A stretch of 37,241 bases of DNA from Jimgerdemannia flammicorona (Eukaryota). Positions within the stretch are counted from its first letter, which is position 1. Each line of letters begins with the position of its first letter. The stretch covers positions 1-37,241 of the forward strand of contig RBNJ01000192.1 in the NCBI GenBank assembly GCA_003990765.1. Reading direction: 5' to 3'. The notes beneath the pieces are model-generated. The model made no database searches and was not told where the DNA came from. It saw only the letters and a program-made list of their open reading frames with translations. Positions 23,904 to 35,485 of the stretch are shown here, piece after piece. Both the position numbers and the translations under genes were made by a program.

Positions 23904-24915
23904 GGTGTGGATTCAGCGACGTTCCATGAGAGGTCAGTCGATCCATGGAATAGAGTCGTAAATTGCCATGGTTTGCGCGATGTTATTTTTTTAGATGGGC
24001 ATGTTTGGAGTAGAAAACGGTTGATGCCGGAATTGGTGATTATGGCTGTGGTTTCTTGAGCGAGGACATTGGTAAAATTGTAGTATATGAGTCGATATAT
24101 GCGTACTAAAAATTCCAAAATGTAGTTACCGAATATATATCAGGCGATGGAGACATGTTACATGACTTGAATTCAAATCGAGCTAGAAAACTCGTGGAAT
24201 GGCTAGCGCATAGGTGTAACTGATAGACTAAGTTGGCATGGTAAAACGGACGGTTGATTGTGTACCAAAAAATAGCTTCCATAATTGCAGTGTAAAGTGT
24301 AAAGCAACATTCGACATTTATTAGAGTCAATATGAGATACCGATCAACACTTCATTGGATCGTTGTTGTGGAAACTTTTGGGTCCCGTCGCGTCGGTAAA
24401 CGCAGTAAGGAGGGGCTCGCGACTGGCGATTGTTTTGATAATAGGGGAACAGTGTGTTCACGCTATTCGAAATACTGAGATCCTCTATGAGCTTTTTGTC
24501 TGCAATGTAGAAGGCGGCCGCATGCTATTCTCGTACGACTGCACTACGCCGGCATCCTCTGACTCATGCTTCGCTGGTGTGATGAAGGAGTCAAGCGTCG
24601 CGGCATCGGCCTAAATGTTAGTGCATCTATTCCGTCTTGCCGCTTTTTCCAATCTGACTTAATTACGTAATATCACCCTCCAGTTACCAACAAACAGGCA
24701 AAAATTGCGCCCTAGACTTGCAGAGCTCAATCTACTCATGACCGACAGTACCGGTGCCGGGGGCGGGTTGATATGCGGGAGGTTCTGCGGCGGAGAGGTT
24801 GTGCGGAGGCCAGGAGGAGCTGGAGAGGAGAAGGGGTTCGAAATTAATGTGGCCGATCCCGAGGTGATGGATTCGCATCATTTTACTATTAATCCGACGA
24901 AAGTCATGGAAGGGT
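23904..24915 (-). repeat. longer partner of the 15318-15941 inverted duplication; Ser/Pro-rich pseudogene-like frames
   Basis: The same collinear blocks appear in reverse orientation. Broken frames include ESITSGSATLISNPFSSPAPPGLRTTSPPQ. Confidence 0.75.
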
Positions 24916-25126
24916 AACAGTTGAAGTGTGGTTCTATTATATGGTTTATTATTAATATTAATATTACTTTTCGCTGGACGTGTTGCAATATTTTGAACTC
25001 GGCCAATTCGACGTTCATGGGTGTAATCATGCTTTCAACATCAGTTTTTTTAGGGGCTATCGCTGAAAATGAACGAAAAGGTGTTTTACTCACAAAGAGG
25101 AGGGGATACAAATAAAAGAAGACCTT

Positions 25127-26140
25127 TTATCCGATTATTCGATTGAACACCCAAATCACAGCAGGGTACACCTTTTCCGGAAGATTGGTCCATGCAATCC
25201 CGTAGCTAATCCCATTGACGAAAGGGGCACAAGTATGGTTGTTTTTATCCAGACGCAAAGTCACTACATCGCCACTACGAAAGGTGACGCCATAGTTGCA
25301 GGTTACTCCCGCCACATTTACCTTCCGCCAATCGTTCCTATAAGATTGGAATACCCACGCCGATTGCGTGTCTTGTATGTTGTCATCGAAGCCAGTGAAC
25401 TCCTCGCTCACCAACTCGATCTCGCTGAAGTAGTTCCCGTCAAAAATTCCAATGGAATCGACCACTATGCCCCATTTGCATAGCCCGTCCAGAGCCGTTG
25501 TCCCGGGGACGGAGATCCGCGCCGTCTGCCTCGCGTTCTTAGACGTACCGGCGGAAATCTCCACGACCTTGCCGTCATCAGAGACGACAATGTGCGAACC
25601 GACCTCCACTGAAGATTTGGACGTCCGCGATATTCGGACGGGTGCTCCGTTGGGCACACGGTGTTCTTGCATGCGTGGTAGCAAAATGCCATGTAGTGCA
25701 AAGACGTCTCCGTAAACCCTTCTACCGCTTCCGTGAAGCTTTTCAAACGATGCGGGCACACAAAGATGAGGTCTATATGTCTCATCATGCTCAGCAACGA
25801 GTCATTTCCCAGCCGGATTTTGCCCTCGCATCCCGGAACCATACTGGCGACATCACACAAGACACCATGACGCTCTCCAATGTCGGGTCCCGCTCTTCGG
25901 CATGCGCTCAGACCCACACAGAAGCAGGTCGTATTCGGGAGTGACGAAGGTAGTCGTGCAGGGTGCAGTGAAGAGAAGCTCGATAGCTTCTTTGGGGCAC
26001 CTTAGGGCCACATTACATGAATTAATGATATAAATCTATAAATCCATGAAAAATATACAAGAAACGATCAAACGGCAAGCGCCAATCAACGCCATCGGCA
26101 CAGAAGATAGTTACATCGTGGTAGGATGAGTCTTTCCATA
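25127..26140 (-). pseudogene. BTB-BACK-SPRY copy A (pseudogene)
   Basis: The SPRY part is recognisable, but most of the BTB exon-2 sequence is deleted at ~25993, there are frameshifts near 25600 and 25720, and exon 1 is a remnant without ATG or splice donor. Confidence 0.88.
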
Positions 26141-26193
26141 ATTTTTTTTTTTGATTTGGGTTGTGGCGCAGCGACTTGTGAACAAATAACAAA

Positions 26194-26390
26194 ATGCCAG
26201 TTTAGCATACGGAGTTCATGAACAAACCCGAGAAAGTATGCCGCTATCTTCCTGCCAAGTATGACACATACTTCGAGTAGAGTTTCAGCTGCAGCTAGGC
26301 CGATCTTCACAGAGGATACCCAAAATTTCTTCGACGAGTAGACCGCTGGAGTCGGTCAAGAGCACTAATCAGAACAAACTCCATTCAATG
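26194..26390 (+). pseudogene. decayed exon in the A-B spacer, head-to-head with the BTB gene
   Basis: MPV*HTEFMNKPEKVCRYLPAKYDTYFE*SFSCS*ADL..., ending ATG|GTGAG (donor-like). Homologs at 28579, ~30767 and ~33160. Confidence 0.5.
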
Positions 26391-26943
26391 GTGAGCAATA
26401 GTTCGTCTGCATATATTTTCTGCAGTCTTACTGAGGTATATACTAAAAATAATATTTTGCACCATTTCTACCACTTCCTATCTATCGCATTCGGTTATCT
26501 TATTACTACAGCTTGGCTGCGACAGCGATTGCATGTCAACCCAATGTATTCAGGTTAAAAAAATAGGAATTCGAAATGCATACGAAATTATTAACCAGAA
26601 GTCTGTGGAAAGTTCGCGACTATAGTCGTGTTTTTGGGGTGGTTGTAAAATGCACGAGCTAGGGCGATAGAAATTTGCATCACATAATCAACGGCCCAAA
26701 CATTTATTACATTTTGACCACTCTGAAATGGAGACATTTTGTAAAATGAATATAACCATTACGACTTGGGCCCAAATTCTTGGAAAATTTAATTGAGAGC
26801 GCAAAAATTGGGACTAGAATCGAAAAGATAAAAAAATAAATAACTTTTTAGTGCTGCCTAGAAAGTATAGATTCATACAATATATGTCTCAGCTAAGAAA
26901 TGAACGAAAGGGGTTGTATTCACAAAGAGGAGGGGAGATAAAA

Positions 26944-28449
26944 TTAAAGACGATCTTTTATCCGATACTTGGATTGACTGCACAAAGTCACGGCAGGGTA
27001 CACCTTCTCCGGAAGGTCGGTCCATGCAATTCCATGGTCAATGCCATTGATGGAAAAGGAGCAAGTATGGTTGTTTTTATCCAGATGCAATGTCACTACA
27101 TCGCCACTCCGAAGAATGACGCCGTAGTCACGGGTCCATCCCGACCCTTTTACCCGCCGATGATCGTCCTTAAAAGATTGGAATACCCACGCCGATGACT
27201 TGCCCCACATTACGGAATCAAAGCTAGTAAAATCCTCGCCCACCAGGCCGATCTCGCTGAGGGGAGAAGACACCCTCCCCCCATTCAATCCAACGGACTC
27301 AACCACTACGTCCCATTCGCATATCCCCTCTGGAGTCGTCGTCCCGGGGACGGATATCCGCGCAGACTGCCTTACATCCGTCGGCGCCCCGACAGAAGGT
27401 TCCACGACCTTGCCGTCATCAGAGACGACAATGTGCGAACCGACCCTCGATCGATCCCACTGAAGATCTTGACGTCCGCGATACCCGGACGGGTGCCCCG
27501 TTGGGCACACGGTGTTCTTGCATGCGTGATGACAAAAGGCCATGTAGTGCGGAGACGTCTCTGCAAACCCTTCGATCGCCTCCGTGAGGCTCTTCAAGCG
27601 ATGCGGGCACACAAGGGTGAGGTTTACATGTCTCATCATGTTCAACAACGACTCATTTTCCAGCCGAATTTTTCCTTCACATCCAGGAACCATACTGGCG
27701 ACATCACGCAAGGCGTCATGACGCTCCGTAACGTCGGATTCCAGCTCTTCGGCATGTGCCCAGACCCAATCGACGACACATAGAAGCAGGTCGTATTCGG
27801 AAGTGACGAAGGGAGTCGCGCAGGGTGCAGTGAAGAGAAGCTCGATGGCCTCTTTAGAGAGGTCTGTCAACTCTCCTATGGCGAGCTTGCGAGCGTAGAA
27901 GGGCTTGAGAAGCGCGGCATAGAGGTCTTTGCTGGCCTCACTCCATGGGATGGAGGCGGCGGCCCCGTTTAGGAGAGACGAGGAGACGCCAAAGTCGGAA
28001 ATGTCTTGGGCGCACTCCAGCACCATGGCCATAAGCTTTGGGAGTAGAAGGAAATTCGCTGCGCGGTAGATGTCCACCGTGATGGTGATGGTGGCGTCGT
28101 CGATCGATTCGGTGTAGATGAAGCCGAGAATGACAGTGAGAGCTGCAGAGTTTATATCGTGGAGGATTACCCGCTGGGAAACGCTCTCTTGCATGTTTCC
28201 ATACAGCATTGCCTTGAAAACGGGGCACCTTTGGGACCACATTACATGAATTAATATGACATAAATCTATAAAATCCATGAAACGTAATCAAGAAACGAT
28301 CAAACACACCTTGCAGCGAGCACAGCACGACAAGCGCCAAGCTCTATGCCATCAGCACAGACGATGGTTACGTCGTGGTAGGATGTGTCTTTCCATATGG
28401 AGGCAATATCGTCCTTGAGGCTAAGACCACTGTCAGATTGCGCGACCAT
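26944..28449 (-). CDS. BTB/POZ-BACK-SPRY(B30.2-like) protein, copy B, 474 aa; exons 28449-28310 and 28228-26944
   Basis: BTB: DVTIVCADG..ACRAVLAAR|CPVFKAMLYGNMQES..LGFIYT. BACK-like: SEYDLLLCVVDW. SPRY: GDVVTLHLD..CSFSING..HGIAW..LPEKVYPAVTL. An 81-nt GT-AG intron restores the frame. Confidence 0.92.
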
Positions 28450-28578
28450 GTTTTTGAGTTGACGATTCAAGGGACAACGTGAGCTATGGTGTGACTAAGC
28501 CTCCGTTGTTACACAATCGTCGCTAAGTCGCGAGATAGACTTCGCGAATTGCTCGTCTATCTCTGTCCAAATAACAAA

Positions 28579-28811
28579 ATGCCGGTTTGGCAGACGGGGT
28601 TCATGAGAAAGCATGTTACTAGCTTCCCGCTAGGTATGACATACACCTCGAGCAGAACTTTAGTTGCAGCGAGGCTGATCTTCGACAGAGAATACTCAGG
28701 CGCCAGTATCATTTCCTCGACGAGCAGACCGCTAACATTATCGGCGAGTCGTTCAAGGCCCAATAACAAGAGCACCAAAACCTCGTGAATCTGAACGAGA
28801 TCCATTCAATG
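28579..28811 (+). pseudogene. decayed exon in the B-C spacer (best-preserved copy)
   Basis: After a 10-nt deletion relative to the 26194 copy it reads LPARYDIHLEQNFSCSEADLRQRILRRQYHFLDEQTANIIGESFKAQ*QEHQNLVNLNEIHSM. Confidence 0.5.
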
Positions 28812-29349
28812 ATAAGAACAATCGTTCGTTTATATATTTTCTGCTATCTTACTGAGGCGCTAAAAACAATATTTTGCACTGCTGCTGGTATATTGCCTTT
28901 GTGCAAGCTTATTACACAGCTCTGTTGCGACAGCGATTTTGCATGTGTATTGTCAACCCAATGCACTCAGATATCAAACATCAACCAGAATAATAAGCTC
29001 TGGACTATGGTCCATATAATCATGTGCCCAAACATTTGCTACATTTTGATTACTTTGAAATGAAAAATGAATATAGCAGTTACGACTTGGGTGCAACATG
29101 GAAATTGCCGAAATGTTTTTGTATATTGTTCAACTATTCCGACAGAACGTCTCCAAGTCTTAAGCACTATCGCCACGACCAAATTGGGAAAGTTGAAGAG
29201 AAGGTACACATAAATGAGTACCAAGAATCCTTTTGCGTTGAAACGATGGAAAAGAAAATAAAAAAATACATGGTGAGGTTCTAGTGGATGCCTAAAAGAA
29301 TAGCACACAAATATGTGACAATCAGCTAGTAAATTAATGAAAAGAGTTG

Positions 29350-30649
29350 TGTATACATGACGACCTTTTATCCGATACTTGGATTGACTGCATAAAGTCA
29401 CGGCAGGGTACAACTTCTCCGCATGAATTTCATTGACAGAAAAGGCGCAGGTATGGTTGACTTTATCCGACCCCATACCCTCCGAGTTGTCGTCCAAGAC
29501 TGAAAATACCCATGCCGATGGCGTGTTCTGCATTTTGAAATCGACGACAGTGAACTCTTCGCCCACCAACCCGATCTCGCATAGGGGGTCATCCAATACA
29601 ATCCAACAGATCGACCACTATGTCCCATTCCCATATCCCGTCTAGAATCGTTGTCCCGGGGATGGAGATCTGCGCCGTCTGTATCACGCTGGAGATCTTG
29701 ACTTCCTCGATCTTGACGTCCGCGATACCCGGACGGGTGCCCCGATGGGTATATACACGGTGTTCTTGCATGCGTGGTGACAAAAGGCAATGTAGCGCGG
29801 AGACGCTTTCGCAAACCCATCGACAACCTCCGTGAGGCTTTTCAGGCGATGCGGGCACACAAGCGTGAGGTCTACATGTCCCATAATGTTCAGCAACGAG
29901 TCATTTCTCAGCCGAATTTTGCCTTCACAGCCAGGAACCATATTGGAGACATCGCGCAAGATACCATGAAGCTCCGCAACGTCGGGTCCCGGCTCTTTGG
30001 TATGCGCCCAGACCCAGTCGACGACACACAGAAGTAGGTCGTATTCCGAAGATACGAAGGGAGTCGTGCAGGGCGCAGTGAAGAGCAGTTCGATAACCTC
30101 TTTGGAGAGGTCGGTCAACTCTCCTATAGCGAGCTTGCGAATATAGAAGGGCTTGAGGAGTACGGCATAGAGGTTCTTGCTGGCCTCACTCCATGGGATG
30201 GAGACGGTGGGCCCGTTGAGGAGAGACGAGGAGACGCCAATGTCGGAAATGTCTTGGGCACGCTCCAGCACCATTGCCATGAGCTTTGGGAGGAGAAGGA
30301 AGCTCGCTGCACGGTAGATGTCCACTGCAGTGGTGGTGGTGGTATTGTCGATCGATTCAGTAGATGAAACCGAGGACGACAGTGAGCGCTTGAGAGTTGA
30401 TGCCGTGGCGGACGACTCGCTGGGAGACACTCTCCTGCATGTTTCCGTACAGAATTTGCCTTGAAGACGGGCACTTTTGGAACCACAGAACATGACTTAA
30501 TATGATATAGATATATAAACCATGAAACACAATAAGAAACGACCAAAAACACCTTGCAGCCAGCAAAGCACAGCTCGACGCCATCAGCGCAGACGATGGT
30601 TACGTCGTCTTTCCATATGGAGGCAATGTCGTCCTTGAGGCTAAGACCA
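29350..30649 (-). pseudogene. BTB-BACK-SPRY copy C (pseudogene)
   Basis: Collinear with copies B/D/E, but the start codon region is deleted, there are frameshifts near 30460, 30365 and 29750, and there are several deletions in SPRY. Confidence 0.9.
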
Positions 30650-31483
30650 ATTTGAGTTGACGATTCAATGGTATGTAATTATATACATAGACGAGCAATT
30701 TGTGCTTAGTCAGACAAGGTGAACTGTGGCGCAGCGACTTGTGACATAACAAAATACCTTAACAAAATACCAGTTTATGCTACGTTGAGTAGAGTTTCAT
30801 CTTCAACAAAGGATACCCACGTTTCTTCGACGAGCAGCATCGGCGAGTCGCTCAAGGCTCAATAACAAGAGCACTAAAACTGAACGAGACCCATTCAATG
30901 CTGACTGTAAGAGTAATCGTTTGTTTGTATATTTTTCTGCAGTCGCAAAAAATGAAATATTTTGCACCACTGGCATTATATCACATTCAGTTAGCTCGTT
31001 TGCGACAGCAATGTCAACCAAATATATATATATATATAAAGGATGGATGAATTCATGATAAATGCATAGGAAATTAATCAACCGGAATAGTATCGTGGGA
31101 TGTTCTGACTATAGTCATGATTTCATTCATAAGCATGTGTTTTCGCAATTGTTATAAAATGCACGAGCTGAGAAATTTGCACCCACACAATCAACGGCCC
31201 CATTTTGACTACTTTGAAATGGGTCATTTTGTAAAATGAATATAGCGGTTGTAACATGTATTACCGAAGAGTTTTGTATGTTGCTCAGCTATTCTGACAG
31301 AACGTCTCCAGTCTTAGGCATTATCGCCGATGACCAAATTGGAAAAGGTGAAGAGCAGGTAATTGAGAGCATAAAAATGAGTACCAAGAATCGTTTTATG
31401 TTGAAAATATGAAAAAAAGAACGAACTAAAATAGTAAACACACAAATCCATACAATACGTGACAATCAGAGTAGTAAATGAAT

Positions 31484-33008
31484 TTATGTGTATGAATAAC
31501 GATCTTTTATCCTATATTTGGATAGAACACTTAAAGTCACGGCAGGGTACATCTTCTCGGGAAGGTCGGTCCATGCAATCCCGTGGTTAATCCCATTGAT
31601 GGAAAAGGCGCAAGTATGGTTGCGTTTATCCAGATGCAAAGTCACTACATCGCCACTCTGAAGAAAGATGCCATAGTCACGGGACTCTCCCACCCTTATT
31701 AACCTCCGATAACTGTTCGAAAGAGACTGGAATTCCCATGCCGATGACCTGTTCTGCATGCAGGTATCGAAACTAGCGAAATCCTCGCCCACCAACCCGA
31801 TCTCGCTGATGGGGCTTGACACATTCCCGTCATACAATCCGACGGATTCGACCACTATGTCCCATTCGCACAGCCCCTCATGAGTCGTCGTCCCGGGGAC
31901 GGAAATCCGCGCCGTCTGCCTCATATTTATCGGCGTCCCGACGGGAAGCGCCACAACCTTGCCATCATCAGAGACAACAATGTGCGAACCGACCTTCGAT
32001 CGATCCCACTGAAGATCTCGACATCCGCGATACCCGGACGGGTGCCCCGTTAGGCACGCAGTGTTCTTGCATGCGTGGTGACAAAAGGCCATGTAGTGCG
32101 GAGATGTCTCCGCAAGCCCTTCGACCGCCTCCGTGAGGTTCTTCAAGCGATGCGGGCACACAAGGGTGAGGTCCAGAAGTTTCATCATGTTTAGCAACAA
32201 GTCATTTTTCAACCGAATTTTGCCTTCGCATCCAGGAACCATACTGGCAACATCACGCAAGACAGCATGACGCTTCGCAACGTCAGGTACTGGCTCTTCG
32301 GCACGCGCCCAGACCCAATCGACGACACACAGAAGCAGGTCGTACTCGGAAGTGACAAAGGAAGTCGCGCAGAGTGCAGTGAAGAGCAGCTCGATGGCTT
32401 CTTTAGAGAGTTCTGTCAACTCTCCTATGGCGAGCTTACGAGCATAGAAGGGCCTGAGGAGCACAGTATAGAGGTCCTTGCTGACCTCACTCCATGGGAT
32501 GGAGGCGGCGGCCCCGTTGAGGAGAGACGAGGAGACGCCAAAGTCGGAAATATCTTGTGCTCTCTCCAGCACCATGGCCATGAGCTTTGGGAGGAGAAGG
32601 AAGCTCGCTGCATAGTAGATGTCCACTGCGATGGTGGTGGTGGTGGTGGTGGTGGTGGTGTCGATAGATTCGGTGTAGATGAAGCCGAGGACGACAGTGA
32701 GCGCTTGAGAGTTGATGTCGTGGAGGATGACTCGCTGGGAGATACTCTCCTGCATGTTTCCGTACAGCATTGCCTTGAAGACGGGGCACCTTTGGAACCA
32801 TAGGACATGAATTAATATGATATAGATCTATGAACTGTGAAACACAATCAAGACACGATTAAACACACCTTGCAGCCAGCACGGCACGGCAAGCGCCAAT
32901 CTCGACGCCGTCGGCGCAGACGATGGTTACGTCGTGGTAGGATGTGTCTTTCCATATGGAGGCAATGTCGTCCTTGAGGCTAAGACCACTGTCGGATTGC
33001 ACGTCCAT
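31484..33008 (-). CDS. BTB/POZ-BACK-SPRY protein, copy D, 481 aa; exons 33008-32869 and 32789-31484
   Basis: Same domain motifs; 79-nt intron at the same position; open frame including a Thr9 run. Confidence 0.92.
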
Positions 33009-33549
33009 GTTTATTGTCTGAATATGCCTTTGTTTAAGTTGACGATTCAAGAGAAAGTTGAAGTGTGTGACGTGACCAAATAATTGTTGGACTGTGGCGC
33101 AGCGACTTGCGACCAAATAACAGTTGAACTATGGCGCAGCGACTTGTGACCAAATAACAATACGCCAGTTTGTAATCATCTTCCTGCCAGGTACGAGTAG
33201 AATTTCAGCTGCTCTTCAACAGAAGAAACCCATTAACATCATCGGCGAGTCGCTCAAGGCCCAATAACAAGAGCACGATAACTTCGTGGATCTGAACGAG
33301 CTCCATCCAATGGTGAAATCGTTCGTTAGTTTGTATATTTCCCGTAATCGCGAAAAAATAAAACATTTTGCGCCACTGGCGCTATATCACATTCGGTTAG
33401 CTTACTGTCACAGCTCGGCTGCGACAACGATTACAGAGATATGTAGACTGCGCAAATTGCTTGACTAAGCCTCTGTTGTTACACGAACGTCGCTAAGCCG
33501 CGAGATAGAATTTGTCTAGCGATGTTTGTGTCAACCCAATATAATTCAG

Positions 33550-33551
33550 TT

Positions 33552-33597
<46 letters not shown>
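33550..33597. repeat. T22-A26 perfect palindromic homopolymer pair
   Basis: T at 33550-33571 is followed directly by A at 33572-33597. Confidence 0.9.
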
Positions 33598-33598
<1 letters not shown>

Positions 33599-33970
33599 AG
33601 AGGATGGGTGAATTCATCAACCAGAATAGCATCAGTACGAAGTCCATAGGAAGTTCTGGATTATAATTTAATTTTCTTTCTTATCTTTATATTTATTTAT
33701 CTCAAACAGAGTCATGGAGAATCAATTCTGATATCACAACTGAAAAGAGTTCTTTGCAAGGTTAGAGCTGGGACGATAGAAATTTGCACATTCACATAAT
33801 CAATGGCCCAAACATTTGTTACATTTTGAACGCTTTGAAATAGGATATTTGTAAAATAAATATAGCACAAATATGAGTACCAAGAATGATTTTGTATTGA
33901 AAAGATAAAAAAAAAAAAGGCAAACACACACAAATCCATACAATACATGACAATCAGCTAGTAAATGAAT

Positions 33971-35485
33971 TTATATGTATACATGACGATCTTTTATCCG
34001 ATACTTGGATTGAACACTCAAAGTCACGGCAGGGTACACCTTCTCCGGAAGGTCGGTCCACGCGATCCCATGGTTAATCCCATTGACGGAAAATGCGCAA
34101 GTATGGTTACCTTTATCCAGATGCAAAGTCACTATATCGCCACTCCGAAGAATGACGCCATAGTCACGGGTCTCTGTCAATACTATTACCCTCCGGTAGC
34201 TGTTCGTAAGAGACTGGAATTCCCATGCCGATGGCTTGCTCTGCATGTAGGAATCGAAATCAGTGAACTCCTCGCTCACCAACCCGATCTCACTGATAGG
34301 GTTAGACACCCTCCCCTCATACGATCCAACGGACTCCACCACTATGTCCCATTCGCATAACCCCTCCTGAGTCGTCGCCCCGGGGACGGATATCCGTGCC
34401 GTCTGCCTCATGGATGTTGGTGTCTCAACAGAAAGCTCCACGACCTTGCCATCGTCTGAGACGACAACGCGCGAACCGACCTTCGATCGATCCCACTGAA
34501 GATTTTGATGTCCGCGATACCCGGACGGGTGTCCCGTTGAGCACACGGTATTCTTGCATGCGTGGTGACAAAAGGCCATGTAGTGCGGAGACGTCTCTGC
34601 AAACCCTTCGACCGCCTCTGTGAGGATCTTCAAGCGATGCGGGCACACAAGGGTGAGGTCCAGATGTCTCATCAAGTTTAGCAACAAGTCATTTCTCAGC
34701 CGAATTTTGCTTTCGCATCCAGGAACCATACTGGCAAAATCACGCAAGACACCATGACGCTCCGCAACGTCGGGTACCGGCTCTTCGGCATGCACCCAGA
34801 CCCAATCGACAATACACAGAAGCAGGTCGTATTCGGAAGTGGCGAAGGCAGTCACGCAGGGTGCAGTGAAGAGAAGGTCAATGGCCTCTTTAGAGAGGTC
34901 TGTCAACTCTCCTATGGCGAGCTTACGAGCATAAAAGGGTTTGAGGAGCACGGCATAGAGGTCCTTGCTGGCTTCACTCCATGGGATGGAGGCGGCGGCC
35001 ACGTTGAGGAGCGACGAGGAGACGCCAAAGTCGGAAATGTCTTGGGCGCTTTCCAACACCATTGTCATGAGCTTTGGGAGTAGAAGGAAGCTCGCTGCAC
35101 GATAAATGTCTACCGCGATTGTGATGGTGGTGTCGTCGATCGATTCGGTGTAGATGAAGCCGAGAATGACAGTGAGCGCTGCAGAGTTGATGTCGTGGAG
35201 GACGAATCGCTGGGAGACGCTTTCCTGCATGTTTCCGAATAGCATTGCCTTGAAGGCAGGACACCTTTGGAACCACATGGCATGAATTAATATGAAAGAA
35301 GTCAACAAAAACCACGAAATACAATCAAGAAACGATCAAACACACCTTGCAGCCAGCACGGCACGGCAAGCGCCAATCTCGACACCATCAGCACATACGA
35401 TGGTTATGTCATGGTAGGATGTGTCCTTCCATATGGAGGCGATGTCGTCTTTGAGGTTAAGACCACTGCTGGATTGCACGACCAT
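33971..35485 (-). CDS. BTB/POZ-BACK-SPRY protein, copy E, 477 aa; exons 35485-35346 and 35264-33971
   Basis: Same domain motifs; 81-nt intron at the same position; open frame. Confidence 0.92.

Noticed and set aside
32267..32808. Poly-His, poly-Pro and poly-Gly ORFs
   Set aside because: Alternative frames and strand of the (ACC)9 repeat inside BTB copy D.
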